From assembly GCA_963716255.1 (NCBI GenBank), contig OY970303.1:1824001-1888000 (forward strand): a DNA stretch of 64,000 bases, in the 5' to 3' direction. The translations under genes were made by a program, and so were the position numbers. Every line of letters starts with the position of its first letter. Within the stretch, counting starts at the first letter, position 1. The notes beneath the pieces were generated by a model. It had not been told where the DNA came from, did not search any database, and saw only the letters and a program-made list of their open reading frames with translations. This document shows, in pieces, positions 48,102 to 57,928 of this stretch. The DNA comes from an uncultured Gemmatimonadales bacterium (lineage in GTDB: Bacteria > Gemmatimonadota > Gemmatimonadetes > Longimicrobiales > Longimicrobiaceae).

Positions 48102-48233
48102 CATTCTCGTTGAAAAGGGGGGGCGGGGCCGGAATGCCGGCCACGCCCCCGCGGTCAAGCATAGACGAGCTCGCCGGAAGGGCATTGCCCGACGGCCTGT
48201 AGGGAAATCTCCCGCACCCCTGTAACGAAATCC

Positions 48234-48262
48234 TTGACAAGTGCGGATCCGGCGTGCATCCT
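48234..48262 (+). promoter_or_regulatory. Candidate sigma-70 promoter
   Basis: TTGACA-N15-TG-CATCCT. Confidence 0.5.
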
Positions 48263-48315
48263 GTCGGAACATATATCCCACCTGCTGGTCACCATTCTCC
48301 CCCACAGGACGCGTC

Positions 48316-49605
48316 ATGAAAGCTCAGATTGCGCTCGTGCTGGCAGCATCCCTCGGTCTGGCGGCCTGCCAGAGCGACGAGGTAACCCCTCCCGCCTCCC
48401 CGTCCATGAGCGCCGCCGCGGCCCAGGAGAAGTTCCTCACGGTCGTGCCCGAGCAGGCGCTCGACAACGCGAAGAGCAACCTCCTCGCGAAGATCAAGGG
48501 CCGCTCCACCACCGCCGAGGTGCACCTCGCGCGCATCGCCGCCGGGACCCATGGCAAGTCGCTCGAGCAGGGGGGCGTCCTCCACATCGGCCTGGCACCC
48601 GGGGTTCAGGTCACCGTAGTGGGCGAGAAGGCAACGCGACGCTCCGACGAGGACGTCTCCTGGTCCGGCCCGATCCGCGGCGGCCAGGGGTGGGTGCAGA
48701 TGGTGTACGCGGACGGCGGCGTCACCGCCACCGTCCGCCTGGGGGAAAGCACCGTGTACAGCATCGAGCCGCTGGGTGACGGGCTGCACGCCATCACCAA
48801 GATCGACCAGCACGGCTACCCGTCCGAGCACACCGCCGACAACCCGTCCGGCGCGCTGGCCGCGGTGATCGAGGACGCCGCCACCCGGGGCAACAAGCCC
48901 GGCACCGGAACCGGCGGCACCGAGGGCACCGTCGGCACGCAGGCGCTCAGCACCCAGAACGTGCTGGTGGTGTACACCGCCTCCGCCGCCGCCGCCACCG
49001 CCAACATCAGCAGCCTGATCCAGCTCGCCGTGGACGAGACCAACCAGTCCTACGTGAACAGCGGGATCAACATCAACATGGTGCGGGTGAACACCGCCGC
49101 GGTCACGTACAGCGAGACGGGCACCTTCTCGCAGCACATCAGCCGCCTGCAGGGCACCTCCGACGGGTACATGGACAACATCCACACCCTGCGGAACACC
49201 TACGGCGCCGACATCGTGCTGCTGGTCGTGAACGACAGCGAGGCCTGCGGCATCGCGGCGGCCATCAAGGCGACCGCCACCTCGGCCTTCGCCGTCGCGC
49301 ACTACAGCTGCATCACGGGCTACTACTCGTTCGGCCACGAGATCGGCCACCTGCAGGGCGCCCGCCACGACCGCTACGTGGACAGCAGCACCTCCCCGTA
49401 CGCGTACGGCCACGGCTACATCCCGGCGAGCAAGACCTGGCGCACCGTGATGGCCTACGGCAACAACTGCGCGAACTGCACGCGCATCCAGTGGTGGTCC
49501 AACCCGCTCAAGACCTACGGCGGCGTGGCGATGGGCACCGCCGCCTACGAGGACAACGCGCGGGTGCTCAACCTCACCGCATCCACCGTCGCGGCCTTCC
49601 GGTAA
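48316..49605 (+). CDS. M12/reprolysin-like zinc metalloprotease lipoprotein, paralog 2
   Basis: Lipobox LAAC; HEIGHLQGARH; TVMAY; highly similar to paralog 1. Confidence 0.88.
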   Translation: MKAQIALVLAASLGLAACQSDEVTPPASPSMSAAAAQEKFLTVVPEQALDNAKSNLLAKIKGRSTTAEVHLARIAAGTHGKSLEQGGVLHIGLAPGVQVTVVGEKATRRSDEDVSWSGPIRGGQGWVQMVYADGGVTATVRLGESTVYSIEPLGDGLHAITKIDQHGYPSEHTADNPSGALAAVIEDAATRGNKPGTGTGGTEGTVGTQALSTQNVLVVYTASAAAATANISSLIQLAVDETNQSYVNSGININMVRVNTAAVTYSETGTFSQHISRLQGTSDGYMDNIHTLRNTYGADIVLLVVNDSEACGIAAAIKATATSAFAVAHYSCITGYYSFGHEIGHLQGARHDRYVDSSTSPYAYGHGYIPASKTWRTVMAYGNNCANCTRIQWWSNPLKTYGGVAMGTAAYEDNARVLNLTASTVAAFR

Positions 49606-49630
49606 GCTTCTCGCCGGACGACGCTCGAAG

Positions 49631-49672
49631 CACGGGGGCGGGGCCATCTGGCCCCGCCCCCGTGATCTTTTT
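49631..49672 (+). terminator. Intrinsic terminator
   Basis: cacgggggcggggcca-tc-tggccccgcccccgtg followed by atcttttt. Confidence 0.65.
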
Positions 49673-49690
49673 GAACCGGCTGAACGGAGG

Positions 49691-49826
49691 GTTCGGGCGT
49701 GCCCCCGGCTTCGCCGGGGTCGGGCTTCGGCTCCGTAAGCGAGCAAACAACGCTCGCTAATGGAGTCGAGCCCCGGCGGAAACGGCCCCGCCGGGTCTCG
49801 CCCCTCCGGGCCGAAATCCCTCACGC
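49691..49826 (-). repeat. Element A, complete copy
   Basis: gttcgggcgtgccc...tccctcacgc on the plus strand. Confidence 0.9.
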
Positions 49827-49879
49827 AGTCTCCGACGCGGCGGCAAGATCCGGCACGCCCCCGCCCCCCGGATTCCGGG

Positions 49880-50374
49880 TCAGCCCTCCGCCGCCGGCAC
49901 GACCCACTTGGTCAGCAGGTCGCGGTCGTGGTCCCGGAAGCCGAGCCCCCGGTAGAGCGCCTGCACCCGCGGGTTCTGCCGGTCGGCCTCCAGCCGCAGC
50001 GCGCGCATCCCCCGGGCGCGGCACGCTTCCTCCGCCCGCGCCACCGCCTCCCGCCCGATCCCGCCCCCGCGGTGCTCCGCGCGGACGTACAGCTCGTCCA
50101 GCAGCAGGTAGCGCCCGCCGAACTCCAGGCTGAAGCCCGCCGCGAGCACGAAGTACCCCGCCGGCGCGCCGCCCCGGCGCACCAGCCACGCCTCCCCCAG
50201 CGACGCGTCGCCGAGCATCACGCCCAGGGCGCCGCGGGCGGCCTCCTCGTCCCACGCCAGCTGCTCGTGGGCGTAGAACTCCCTCATCATCTCCACCAGC
50301 AGCTCCGCGTCGCGCGGCCCCGCTCGCGCGAAGTCCGCCCCGCCGGCCCCCGGCTCCTTCGCCGCCCCCGTCAC
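49880..50374 (-). CDS. GNAT family N-acetyltransferase
   Basis: GTGA overlap with the ABC gene stop; LDELYVRAEHRGGGIG, LYRGLGF. Confidence 0.85.
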   Translation of the reverse strand: MTGAAKEPGAGGADFARAGPRDAELLVEMMREFYAHEQLAWDEEAARGALGVMLGDASLGEAWLVRRGGAPAGYFVLAAGFSLEFGGRYLLLDELYVRAEHRGGGIGREAVARAEEACRARGMRALRLEADRQNPRVQALYRGLGFRDHDRDLLTKWVVPAAEG

Positions 50375-52311
50375 CGGTACCCCGCCGCCTGCAGGCTGAA
50401 CAGCTCCGCGTAGCGCCCGTCCAGCGCGAGCAGCTCCTCGTGCGTCCCGGCCTCCAGCACCCGGCCGTGCTCCAGCACCACGATGCGGTCCGCCATGCGC
50501 ACCGTGGAGAAGCGGTGCGAGATGAGGATCGCCATCTTCCCCTCCGTGAGGTCCGCGAAGCGGCGGAACACCTCGTACTCCGCGCGGGCATCCAGCGCCG
50601 CAGTGGGCTCGTCCAGGATCAGCAGCTGCGCGTCGCGCATGTAGGCGCGCCCCAGCGCCACCTTCTGCCACTGCCCGCCGGACAGGTCCACGCCGCCCTC
50701 GAAGCGCCGCCCCAGCATCGTGCGGTAGCGCTCCGGGAGCGCGTCGATCACCTCGGCGGCCAGCGAGCGCCCGGCCGCGTCCTCCACCCGCGCCGAGACC
50801 GCATCGCGGTCCTCGTCCAGCGCGGGGATCCGGCCCACGGCGATGTTCTCCTCCGCACGCATGTCGTAGCGCACGAAGTCCTGGAAGATCACGCCCACCT
50901 GCCGGTGCAGCTCCTCCGGGTCGTACGCCTCCAGCGGCTGCCCGTCCAGAAGGATCTCGCCGCGCGTGGCTTCGTACAGGCGCACGATGAGCTTGGTGAT
51001 GGTGGTCTTCCCCGCCCCGTTCTCCCCCACCAGCGCCACCCGCTCCCCCGGACGGATCCGGAACGACACCCCCCGCAGCACCCACGACGGATCGTCCGCG
51101 GACGGGGGCTCCACCGCGGCCGGAGCCCTGTCGCCGTCGCCGGCCGTTCCCTCTTCCTCCGCCTCCGGGTAGCGGAACCACACGTCCCGGAACTCGAACC
51201 CCTCGCGGGCAGGCACCGGCACCGGGAGCGGCCGCTCCGGGCGCGCGATCCGCGGCTGCATCCCGAAGAACACGAAAAGGTCGTCCAGGTACAGGGCCTG
51301 CTCGTACAGGCTGCTGGTCGCCAGGAGCATGCGCTGGATCAGGTCGCGCGAGCGCGAGAACGCCCCCGCCAGCAGCGACAGGTCGCCCAGCGAGAGAGCG
51401 CCCAGCACCGTGCGGTAGACGATGGTGCCGTACGCCGCGTAGTAGCCCAGCGTGGAGACCAGCGACAGCCCGGTGCTCGCCAGGTTGCGGCGGATGGCCA
51501 GCCTGCGGTTCGCCTCGTAGAAGCCGTCCGCCAGCTCCCGGTACTCGCGGATCAGCCAGGGCGCCAGGCCGAAGAGCTTGATCTCCTTGGCGGTCTTGTC
51601 CGAGGCGGCGACCACCCGGTAGTAGTCCAGCTTGCGGCGCTCCGGCGTCCACTGGTACAGGAGCGAGTACCCCAGCGCGGCGAAGTGCGTTTCCCCCAGG
51701 AAGGAGGGGATCACCGCCAGCACGAGCAGCGCGAAGAGCAGCGGCGAGAAGGCGAAGAGCGCCCCCACCAGCGTGATCAGGGTGACGAGGTCCTGCGCCA
51801 GCCCCATGATCTGGTTGAGAAGCGCGATGCGGCCCACCGTCTGGCGCCGGGCGCGCTCCAGCCGGTCGTAGAAGCGCGGGTTCTCGAAGTGCTCCAGGTC
51901 CAGCGTGGCCGCGTGCTCCATCAGGCGCACGCTCATCCGGTTGGAGAACAGGTCCCCCAGGAGCGACTCCAGCAGCGTCCCCGTGCGCGCCGCCACCTCG
52001 CCCAGCGTCACGATCCCGAACTCCAGCAGCACCAGCTCGGTGAGCCGCCCCCAGTCCGGCGCGCCCGTCCGCGTGGCCTCCACCACCGCGTCCACGATGG
52101 ACTTGCCCACCCACAGCGTGGCCAGCGGGACGAAGGCGCGCAGCAGGCGCAGCGCTGCGATCCCGGCCGCGTAGCCGCGGTGCGTCGCCCACACCATCCG
52201 CAGGAAGGGCGGCACGTTGCGCATGGCGCGCGCGCGCTCCCCCCACGAAGGAGGCGCCTCCCCCGGAGGCCTTCGGCCCCGGCCATTCATCCCCGCTCGA
52301 GTGCTCGCCAT
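50371..52311 (-). CDS. ABC exporter, fused TMD-NBD (start may be 52290)
   Basis: TM N-half; GENGAGKTT, VIFQDF, LSGGQWQK, LDEPT, ISHRFS. Confidence 0.92.
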   Translation of the reverse strand: MASTRAGMNGRGRRPPGEAPPSWGERARAMRNVPPFLRMVWATHRGYAAGIAALRLLRAFVPLATLWVGKSIVDAVVEATRTGAPDWGRLTELVLLEFGIVTLGEVAARTGTLLESLLGDLFSNRMSVRLMEHAATLDLEHFENPRFYDRLERARRQTVGRIALLNQIMGLAQDLVTLITLVGALFAFSPLLFALLVLAVIPSFLGETHFAALGYSLLYQWTPERRKLDYYRVVAASDKTAKEIKLFGLAPWLIREYRELADGFYEANRRLAIRRNLASTGLSLVSTLGYYAAYGTIVYRTVLGALSLGDLSLLAGAFSRSRDLIQRMLLATSSLYEQALYLDDLFVFFGMQPRIARPERPLPVPVPAREGFEFRDVWFRYPEAEEEGTAGDGDRAPAAVEPPSADDPSWVLRGVSFRIRPGERVALVGENGAGKTTITKLIVRLYEATRGEILLDGQPLEAYDPEELHRQVGVIFQDFVRYDMRAEENIAVGRIPALDEDRDAVSARVEDAAGRSLAAEVIDALPERYRTMLGRRFEGGVDLSGGQWQKVALGRAYMRDAQLLILDEPTAALDARAEYEVFRRFADLTEGKMAILISHRFSTVRMADRIVVLEHGRVLEAGTHEELLALDGRYAELFSLQAAGYR

Positions 52312-52501
52312 CCCTCAATGGTAACCCGCGCCCGCCGGGCACGGGAGGGCCGCCGCCCCGCCGCGGGAATCCCTACGCCGCTGTGGGGCGCCTCCCTACA
52401 GACGACGCGGAAGCCGCCCGCTACATTCTCATTCTCCCGGCACAGATTTCCCATCGACCGGAGGCACCGCGCCGGGTCTGGCGGCCCTCCCGGGCGCGGG
52501 C

Positions 52502-52507
52502 TATAAT
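52502..52507 (+). promoter_or_regulatory. Candidate -10 box for the oxidase operon
   Basis: Perfect TATAAT about 90 nt upstream of subunit II in very GC-rich DNA; no clear -35. Confidence 0.4.
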
Positions 52508-52598
52508 GGGCCGGTTCCAGGGCGGCCGCTCGATTTTTGCGGGGCGGCCGCCGGCACACGATTCCGAGCGCCAATCTGAACGCCGAACACCCACCACC

Positions 52599-53714
52599 AT
52601 GAAGTCACGAGTGAACACGTTCTGGCCCCGGCGGGACAGCTCGCTGCCGGCGTCCGGGACCCCCGGCCGCTCCACCAGCCCGCGTCCGGGACGCAGTTCG
52701 CTGTGGGCGCTTCCGCTGCTCCTGCTCGCGGGGTGCAACGGGAGCGACGTAACCAAGTACCCGCAGACGATCTTCGCGCCCAAGACGCAGTACGCCGAGC
52801 GGGTCATCGACCTGCAGAACCTGACCACGCTCCTGGGCGTGGCGGTGGGGCTCATCGTGTTCGCGCTGATCGGCTACATCCTGTTCCGCTTCCGGTACCA
52901 GCCGGGGATGCCGGAGCCCAGGCAGACGCACGGCAACACCCGACTGGAGCTGGCCTGGACGCTGATCCCCGCGCTGATCCTGGCGTTCATTGCCGTCCCC
53001 ACCGTGCAGACCATCTTCGCCACCCAGCAGGAGCCGCCGCCCAACGCGGTCACGGTGAACGTGGTCGGCTGGCAGTGGTGGTGGGAGTTCAAGTACCCGG
53101 TCAACAGCGGGCGCGACACCGTGTTCACCGCCAACGAGATCCACGTCCCGGTGGGGACTCCGGTGGCGCTCCGCATGACCGCGGGCGACGTGCTGCACTC
53201 CTTCTGGGTTCCCCAGATGGGCGGCAAGCGCGACCTGATCAACAACAAGATCAACACCATCGTCTTCACCCCCGAGGAGCCGGGCGTCTACCTGGGGCAG
53301 TGCGCCGAGTTCTGCGCCGATTCGCACGCCCTGATGAAGATGCGGCTGATCGCCCACACGCCCGAGGGCTACAAGGAGTGGCTCCAGAACGAGTTCAACC
53401 CGGCGCAGGACATCCGTCCGGTGACGGCGCAGGACTCCGCGCTGGCGCTGGGCAGGGAGCTCGTGACCAAGGGCGCCTGCGCCGGCTGCCACGTGATCAA
53501 GGGCACCGGGATGGTGGGACGCACCGGCCCCAACCTCACCCACTTCGGGCGGCGGCGCACGCTGGCCGCCGGGATCCTGGACAACAACGCCGGGAACCTC
53601 GCCGCCTGGCTCCGGAACCCGCCGGCCATCAAGCCCGGGGCGAAGATGCCCAACCTGAACCTCAAGGAAGAGGAGATCAGGTACATCGTCGCGTACCTGC
53701 AGAGCCTGCAGTGA
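52599..53714 (+). CDS. ctaC: Cytochrome c oxidase subunit II with fused cytochrome c (caa3 type)
   Basis: Lipobox LAGC; QWWWEF, DVLHSF, CuA motif CAEFCADSHALM; heme c motif CAGCH. Confidence 0.95.
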   Translation: MKSRVNTFWPRRDSSLPASGTPGRSTSPRPGRSSLWALPLLLLAGCNGSDVTKYPQTIFAPKTQYAERVIDLQNLTTLLGVAVGLIVFALIGYILFRFRYQPGMPEPRQTHGNTRLELAWTLIPALILAFIAVPTVQTIFATQQEPPPNAVTVNVVGWQWWWEFKYPVNSGRDTVFTANEIHVPVGTPVALRMTAGDVLHSFWVPQMGGKRDLINNKINTIVFTPEEPGVYLGQCAEFCADSHALMKMRLIAHTPEGYKEWLQNEFNPAQDIRPVTAQDSALALGRELVTKGACAGCHVIKGTGMVGRTGPNLTHFGRRRTLAAGILDNNAGNLAAWLRNPPAIKPGAKMPNLNLKEEEIRYIVAYLQSLQ

Positions 53715-53820
53715 CCAGGGCGCCCCGCACGAGCAGGCGGGGACGCGAGTTTCGTGATCAGGCGCCCGGGAGCACCGCCGCGAATGCCGGCGGGCCGCGC
53801 CGCAAACCGATGGAGTAGGA

Positions 53821-55785
53821 ATGGCATCGACTGCAACGGTGGCTACCGCCCCCCACGTAGCCGCGCACCACGGGCCCACGGGGCTGTGGAGCTGGGTCAC
53901 GACCGTGGACCACAAGCGGATCGGGATCATGTACGGCGTGGTCTCGTTCATCTGGTTCCTGGTCGGGGGACTGGAGGCGCTGGTGGTGCGCGCACAGCTC
54001 GCCGTCCCCAACAACGACCTGGTCAGCGCCGAGTTCTACAACCAGCTGTTCACCACGCACGCGGTGACGATGGTGTTCCTGGCGCTGATGCCGCTCACCG
54101 CCGCGTTCTTCAACTTCCTGGTGCCGCTGCAGATCGGCGCCCGCGACGTGGCGTTCCCGCGGCTCAACGCGCTGTCGTTCTGGGTGTTCTTCTTCGGCAG
54201 CCTGTACCTGAACAGCTCCTTCCTGCTGGCGCTGGTGCCGGGGGTGGGCCCGCAGGCGCCCAACGGCGGGTGGTTCGCGTACCCGCCGGTGACGACGGAG
54301 ACGTACAATCCCGGGCTGAACATGGACTTCTACGTCCTCGGCCTGCAGATCATCGGCCTGTCGTCCATCATCGCGTCGCTGAACTTCATCATCACCATCA
54401 TCAACCTGCGCGCGCCGGGGATGCGGCTCATGCGCATGCCGATCTTCACGTGGATGGTGCTGGTCACCAACGTGCTGATCGTCACGGCGCTGGCGGTGTT
54501 CACCATCGCGTCCACGCAGCTGATGTTCGACCGCCTGTTCGGGACGGTGTTCTACGACACGGCCCGCTCCGGGGCGGACCCGCTGCTCTGGCAGCACCTG
54601 TTCTGGATGTTCGGCCACCCCGAGGTGTACATCCTGATCCTTCCCATCATGGGGATGGTCTCCGAGGTGCTCCCCACCTTCTCGCGCAAGCCGCTCTTCG
54701 GCTACAACGTGATGGTGTTCTCGGGGATCCTGATCGGCTGGCTGGGCTGGGGCGTGTGGAGCCACCACATGTTCGCCGTGGGGCTGGGTCCCATCGCCGA
54801 CACCTTCTTCGCGCTGGGCACCATGCTGATCGCGATCCCCACGGGGATCAAGATCTTCAACTGGCTGGGGACCATGTGGGGCGGCGCCATCCGCTTCACC
54901 ACGGCGATGCTCTTCGCGGTGGCCTTCATCGGCATGTTCACCATCGGCGGGATCTCCGGGGTGATGCACTCCGTGGCCCCGGCCGACCTGCAGCAGACCG
55001 ACACCTACTTCGTGGTCGCCCACCTGCACTACGTGTTCTTCGGCGGCACCGTGATCGGGCTGTGGGCGGGGATGTACTACTGGTACCCCAAGGTCTTCGG
55101 CCGCCTGCTGGACGAGAAGCTGGGCCTGGTGCACTTCTGGCTGACGCTGATCGGGATGAACCTCACCTTCTTCCCGATGCACTTCCTGGGGCTCTACGGG
55201 ATGCCGCGCCGTATCTTCACGTACGCGGACAACATGGGCTTCAACGAGATGAACATGCTGGCCACGATCGGCTCGTTCATGATCGGGGTGGGCACGCTGG
55301 TCTTCGCCTTCAACCTGTTCACGGCCTGGAAGCGCGGGAAGATCGCCGGGCCCAACCCCTGGGGCGCCGCGACGCTGGAGTGGAGCATCCCCTCCCCGCC
55401 GCCCGAGTACAACTTCCGCGAGCTCCCCGTGGTCCGCTCCCGCATGCCGCTGTGGGAGGGCGACCCCACCAAGGAGGGTGGGATCCCGCACGGCCGCCGC
55501 GACGAGGACACCGACGACGTCACGCTGGGCGGGGCAAAGCTGGCGACCATGGAATACCCGGACGACGAGAGCAAGATGTCCGCGCACGACCTGGGGATCC
55601 ACCTCCCGCCGCCGTCGTACTGGCCGATCGTGCTGGCGCTGGGGATCACCATGGTCTTCGGGATGCTGATCTTCCGCAACGTGGACGGGGCGCTGCACAA
55701 CCTGTGGATGGGCTCGATCGCGGGGATCCTGCTGACCGTGTACTCCATCTACCGCTGGGCCTTCGAGCCGGGGCACGGACACTGA
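53821..55785 (+). CDS. ctaD: Cytochrome c oxidase subunit I (A1 type)
   Basis: DHKRIG, GHPEVY, WSHHMF, VAHLHY, GMPRR. Confidence 0.97.
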   Translation: MASTATVATAPHVAAHHGPTGLWSWVTTVDHKRIGIMYGVVSFIWFLVGGLEALVVRAQLAVPNNDLVSAEFYNQLFTTHAVTMVFLALMPLTAAFFNFLVPLQIGARDVAFPRLNALSFWVFFFGSLYLNSSFLLALVPGVGPQAPNGGWFAYPPVTTETYNPGLNMDFYVLGLQIIGLSSIIASLNFIITIINLRAPGMRLMRMPIFTWMVLVTNVLIVTALAVFTIASTQLMFDRLFGTVFYDTARSGADPLLWQHLFWMFGHPEVYILILPIMGMVSEVLPTFSRKPLFGYNVMVFSGILIGWLGWGVWSHHMFAVGLGPIADTFFALGTMLIAIPTGIKIFNWLGTMWGGAIRFTTAMLFAVAFIGMFTIGGISGVMHSVAPADLQQTDTYFVVAHLHYVFFGGTVIGLWAGMYYWYPKVFGRLLDEKLGLVHFWLTLIGMNLTFFPMHFLGLYGMPRRIFTYADNMGFNEMNMLATIGSFMIGVGTLVFAFNLFTAWKRGKIAGPNPWGAATLEWSIPSPPPEYNFRELPVVRSRMPLWEGDPTKEGGIPHGRRDEDTDDVTLGGAKLATMEYPDDESKMSAHDLGIHLPPPSYWPIVLALGITMVFGMLIFRNVDGALHNLWMGSIAGILLTVYSIYRWAFEPGHGH

Positions 55786-55860
55786 CAGGGGACGGAGGCC
55801 GGACGTCCCGCGGGGGGACGCCCGGCCGCCACCACCCGACAACCTGAATCGCCGACTTTC

Positions 55861-56502
55861 ATGGATCACTCGCACGCGATGGCGGGGCACGCGGCGCACC
55901 CGGCCCACATCGACACCAGCACCGGCCTGGACAGCCGGAAGATGGCCTTCTGGGGCTTCATCGGCTCCGAGTGCCTGCTCTTCGGGTCCCTGATCGGGAC
56001 CTACATGGCGTACAAGGGCAAGAGCATCAACGGCCCCTACCCGCACCCCGGCATCGTCGACGGCAAGCACGTGGAGGGGATCCTCAACATCCCGCTCACC
56101 ACGGCCAGCACCTTCGTCCTGCTGATGAGCTCGGTGGCGATGGTGCTGGCGCTGAACTACACCCAGCGCGGCGACCGCAGCAAGTCGGTCACCTGGCTCC
56201 TGCTGACGGCGTTCCTGGGCTCGATCTTCCTGGGGTGCCAGGTCTACGAGTTCACGCACTTCGTCCACGAGGGGCTGGGGCTCGGCACCAACCTGTTCGC
56301 CTCCAGCTTCTACCTGCTGACCGGATTCCACGGCGCGCACGTCACCGTGGGGGTGATCTACCTGATCACGCTGGCCTTCCTCGCCCGGGCCGGTAAGATC
56401 CCGCCGGAGAAGGCGCTGAACGTGGAGATCGCCGGCCTGTACTGGCACTTCGTGGACGTGATCTGGATTGTGATCTTCCCCCTCGTGTACCTCATCAAGT
56501 GA
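55861..56502 (+). CDS. ctaE: Cytochrome c oxidase subunit III
   Basis: FIGSE, LTGFHGAHV, YWHFVDVIW. Confidence 0.95.
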   Translation: MDHSHAMAGHAAHPAHIDTSTGLDSRKMAFWGFIGSECLLFGSLIGTYMAYKGKSINGPYPHPGIVDGKHVEGILNIPLTTASTFVLLMSSVAMVLALNYTQRGDRSKSVTWLLLTAFLGSIFLGCQVYEFTHFVHEGLGLGTNLFASSFYLLTGFHGAHVTVGVIYLITLAFLARAGKIPPEKALNVEIAGLYWHFVDVIWIVIFPLVYLIK

Positions 56503-56846
56503 GCGACCCGATGTCCAGCGAGACGCGTGAAGTCATTCACGACCAGCACACGCACCCCACGAACAAGTTCTACCTGTACATCGGCGCGGCGCTGATCCTC
56601 CTGACGGGGCTGGAGGTGCTCGGCTACCTCGGGGAGACCAGCGGGACGTTCGGGCCCGGCACGGCCGCGATGGTCATCGGCGTGCTTTCCGCCGTGAAGT
56701 TCGTCTTGGTGGTGATGTACTACATGCACCTGAAGTTCGACAGCAAGGTGTTCACGGGACTCTTCGTCTTCCCGGCGCTGCTGGGGACGCTCGTGATCGT
56801 CGGGCTGTTCATGCTGTTCCACGTGCTTCCGACGCTGGTCGGCTAG
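56499..56846 (+). CDS. Cytochrome c oxidase subunit IV family protein (start 56499 or 56511)
   Basis: Three TM segments, KFVLVVMYYMHLKFD; operon position. Confidence 0.85.
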   Translation: MSDPMSSETREVIHDQHTHPTNKFYLYIGAALILLTGLEVLGYLGETSGTFGPGTAAMVIGVLSAVKFVLVVMYYMHLKFDSKVFTGLFVFPALLGTLVIVGLFMLFHVLPTLVG

Positions 56847-56895
56847 GGCCACGACATCTGCTGCCCCCGGGCGGGCGCGGACGGAGGTTTGCGGT

Positions 56896-57795
56896 ATGCT
56901 GTCTCTCTCGACGATCTCCCTGCTGCACCAGGAGACGTTCTCGTGGACGGAGTGGAGGGTCTACTCGGACTTCATGGTCGGGTGGCTCCTCCTGTTCGCC
57001 GCGTACTTCCTGATGATCGGGCCGCTGCGCCGCCGCTTCCCCGGAGCTCGCCCCGTCCCCCCGCAAAAGGTGGCGAGCTTCGTGTTCGCCATGGCCATCA
57101 TGTTCCTGGCGCTCCAGGGGCCGCTGCACGAGCTGAGCGACTACTTCCTGTTCAGCGCGCACATGGTGCAGCACCTGGTGCTGATCCTGGTGATGCCGCC
57201 CTTTCTGCTGTACGGCATCCCGGACTGGATGCTGCGGCCGGCGGTGAACGCGCGGGCCATCGGCAGGGTGGCGCGGCTCCTCACCTTTCCGCTGGTGGCC
57301 TTCGCGCTCAACAACGTCATCTTCCTGGCCTGGCACTTTCCCGGCCCCTACGACCTGATGATGCGGAACCACGGGATCCACGTGGCGATGCACCTGATGA
57401 TCATGGTGACGGGGACCATCATGTGGTGGCCGGTGATGAGCCCGCTCCCGGAGCTCCCCAGGATCGCGCCGCCGCTCCAGATGATGTACCTGTTCGTGCT
57501 GGGGATCCCCATGATGCTGACCGCGGCGCTGATCACCTTCACCGACGGCGAGCTGTACGCCTGGTACGTGGAGGCGCCGCGGATCTTCCCCCTGAGCGCG
57601 CTGGACGACCAGCGCCTGGGCGGGGTGATCATGTGGGTGCCGGGGGCGCTGACCATCTGGATCGCCATCACCGTGGTCTACTTCCGCTGGACCCAGCGCG
57701 AGGTGCGCGAGGACGAGGGCCTGCCGGAAGACCGCCGCCCGCGCGTCTCCGCCAGCGGCCTGGTGATCGCCCCGCCGCCGTTCCCGAACCGATAG
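56896..57795 (+). CDS. ctaG: caa3-type oxidase assembly factor (Caa3_CtaG family)
   Basis: FSAHMVQHL, LAWHFP, DQRLGGVIMWVPG. Confidence 0.88.
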   Translation: MLSLSTISLLHQETFSWTEWRVYSDFMVGWLLLFAAYFLMIGPLRRRFPGARPVPPQKVASFVFAMAIMFLALQGPLHELSDYFLFSAHMVQHLVLILVMPPFLLYGIPDWMLRPAVNARAIGRVARLLTFPLVAFALNNVIFLAWHFPGPYDLMMRNHGIHVAMHLMIMVTGTIMWWPVMSPLPELPRIAPPLQMMYLFVLGIPMMLTAALITFTDGELYAWYVEAPRIFPLSALDDQRLGGVIMWVPGALTIWIAITVVYFRWTQREVREDEGLPEDRRPRVSASGLVIAPPPFPNR

Positions 57796-57854
57796 GGAAC
57801 AGGGTTCACCGGTTCACGCGCAGCGTGAAGCGCCACAGGGAACAGCCTGCAACG

Positions 57855-57898
57855 AAACGGCGCCCCCACCTCGGCTATCGAGGTGGGGGCGCCGTTTT
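57855..57898 (+). terminator. Intrinsic (possibly bidirectional) terminator of the oxidase operon
   Basis: aaacggcgcccccacctcg-gctat-cgaggtgggggcgccgtttt. Confidence 0.75.
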
Positions 57899-57928
57899 GC
57901 TGTTCCGCCGTATCCACATGAATCCGTT

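Noticed and set aside
55440..55785. C-terminal two-TM extension of oxidase subunit I as a novel fusion
   Set aside because: Such extensions are known in caa3/aa3-type subunit I proteins, for example Bacillus CtaD.
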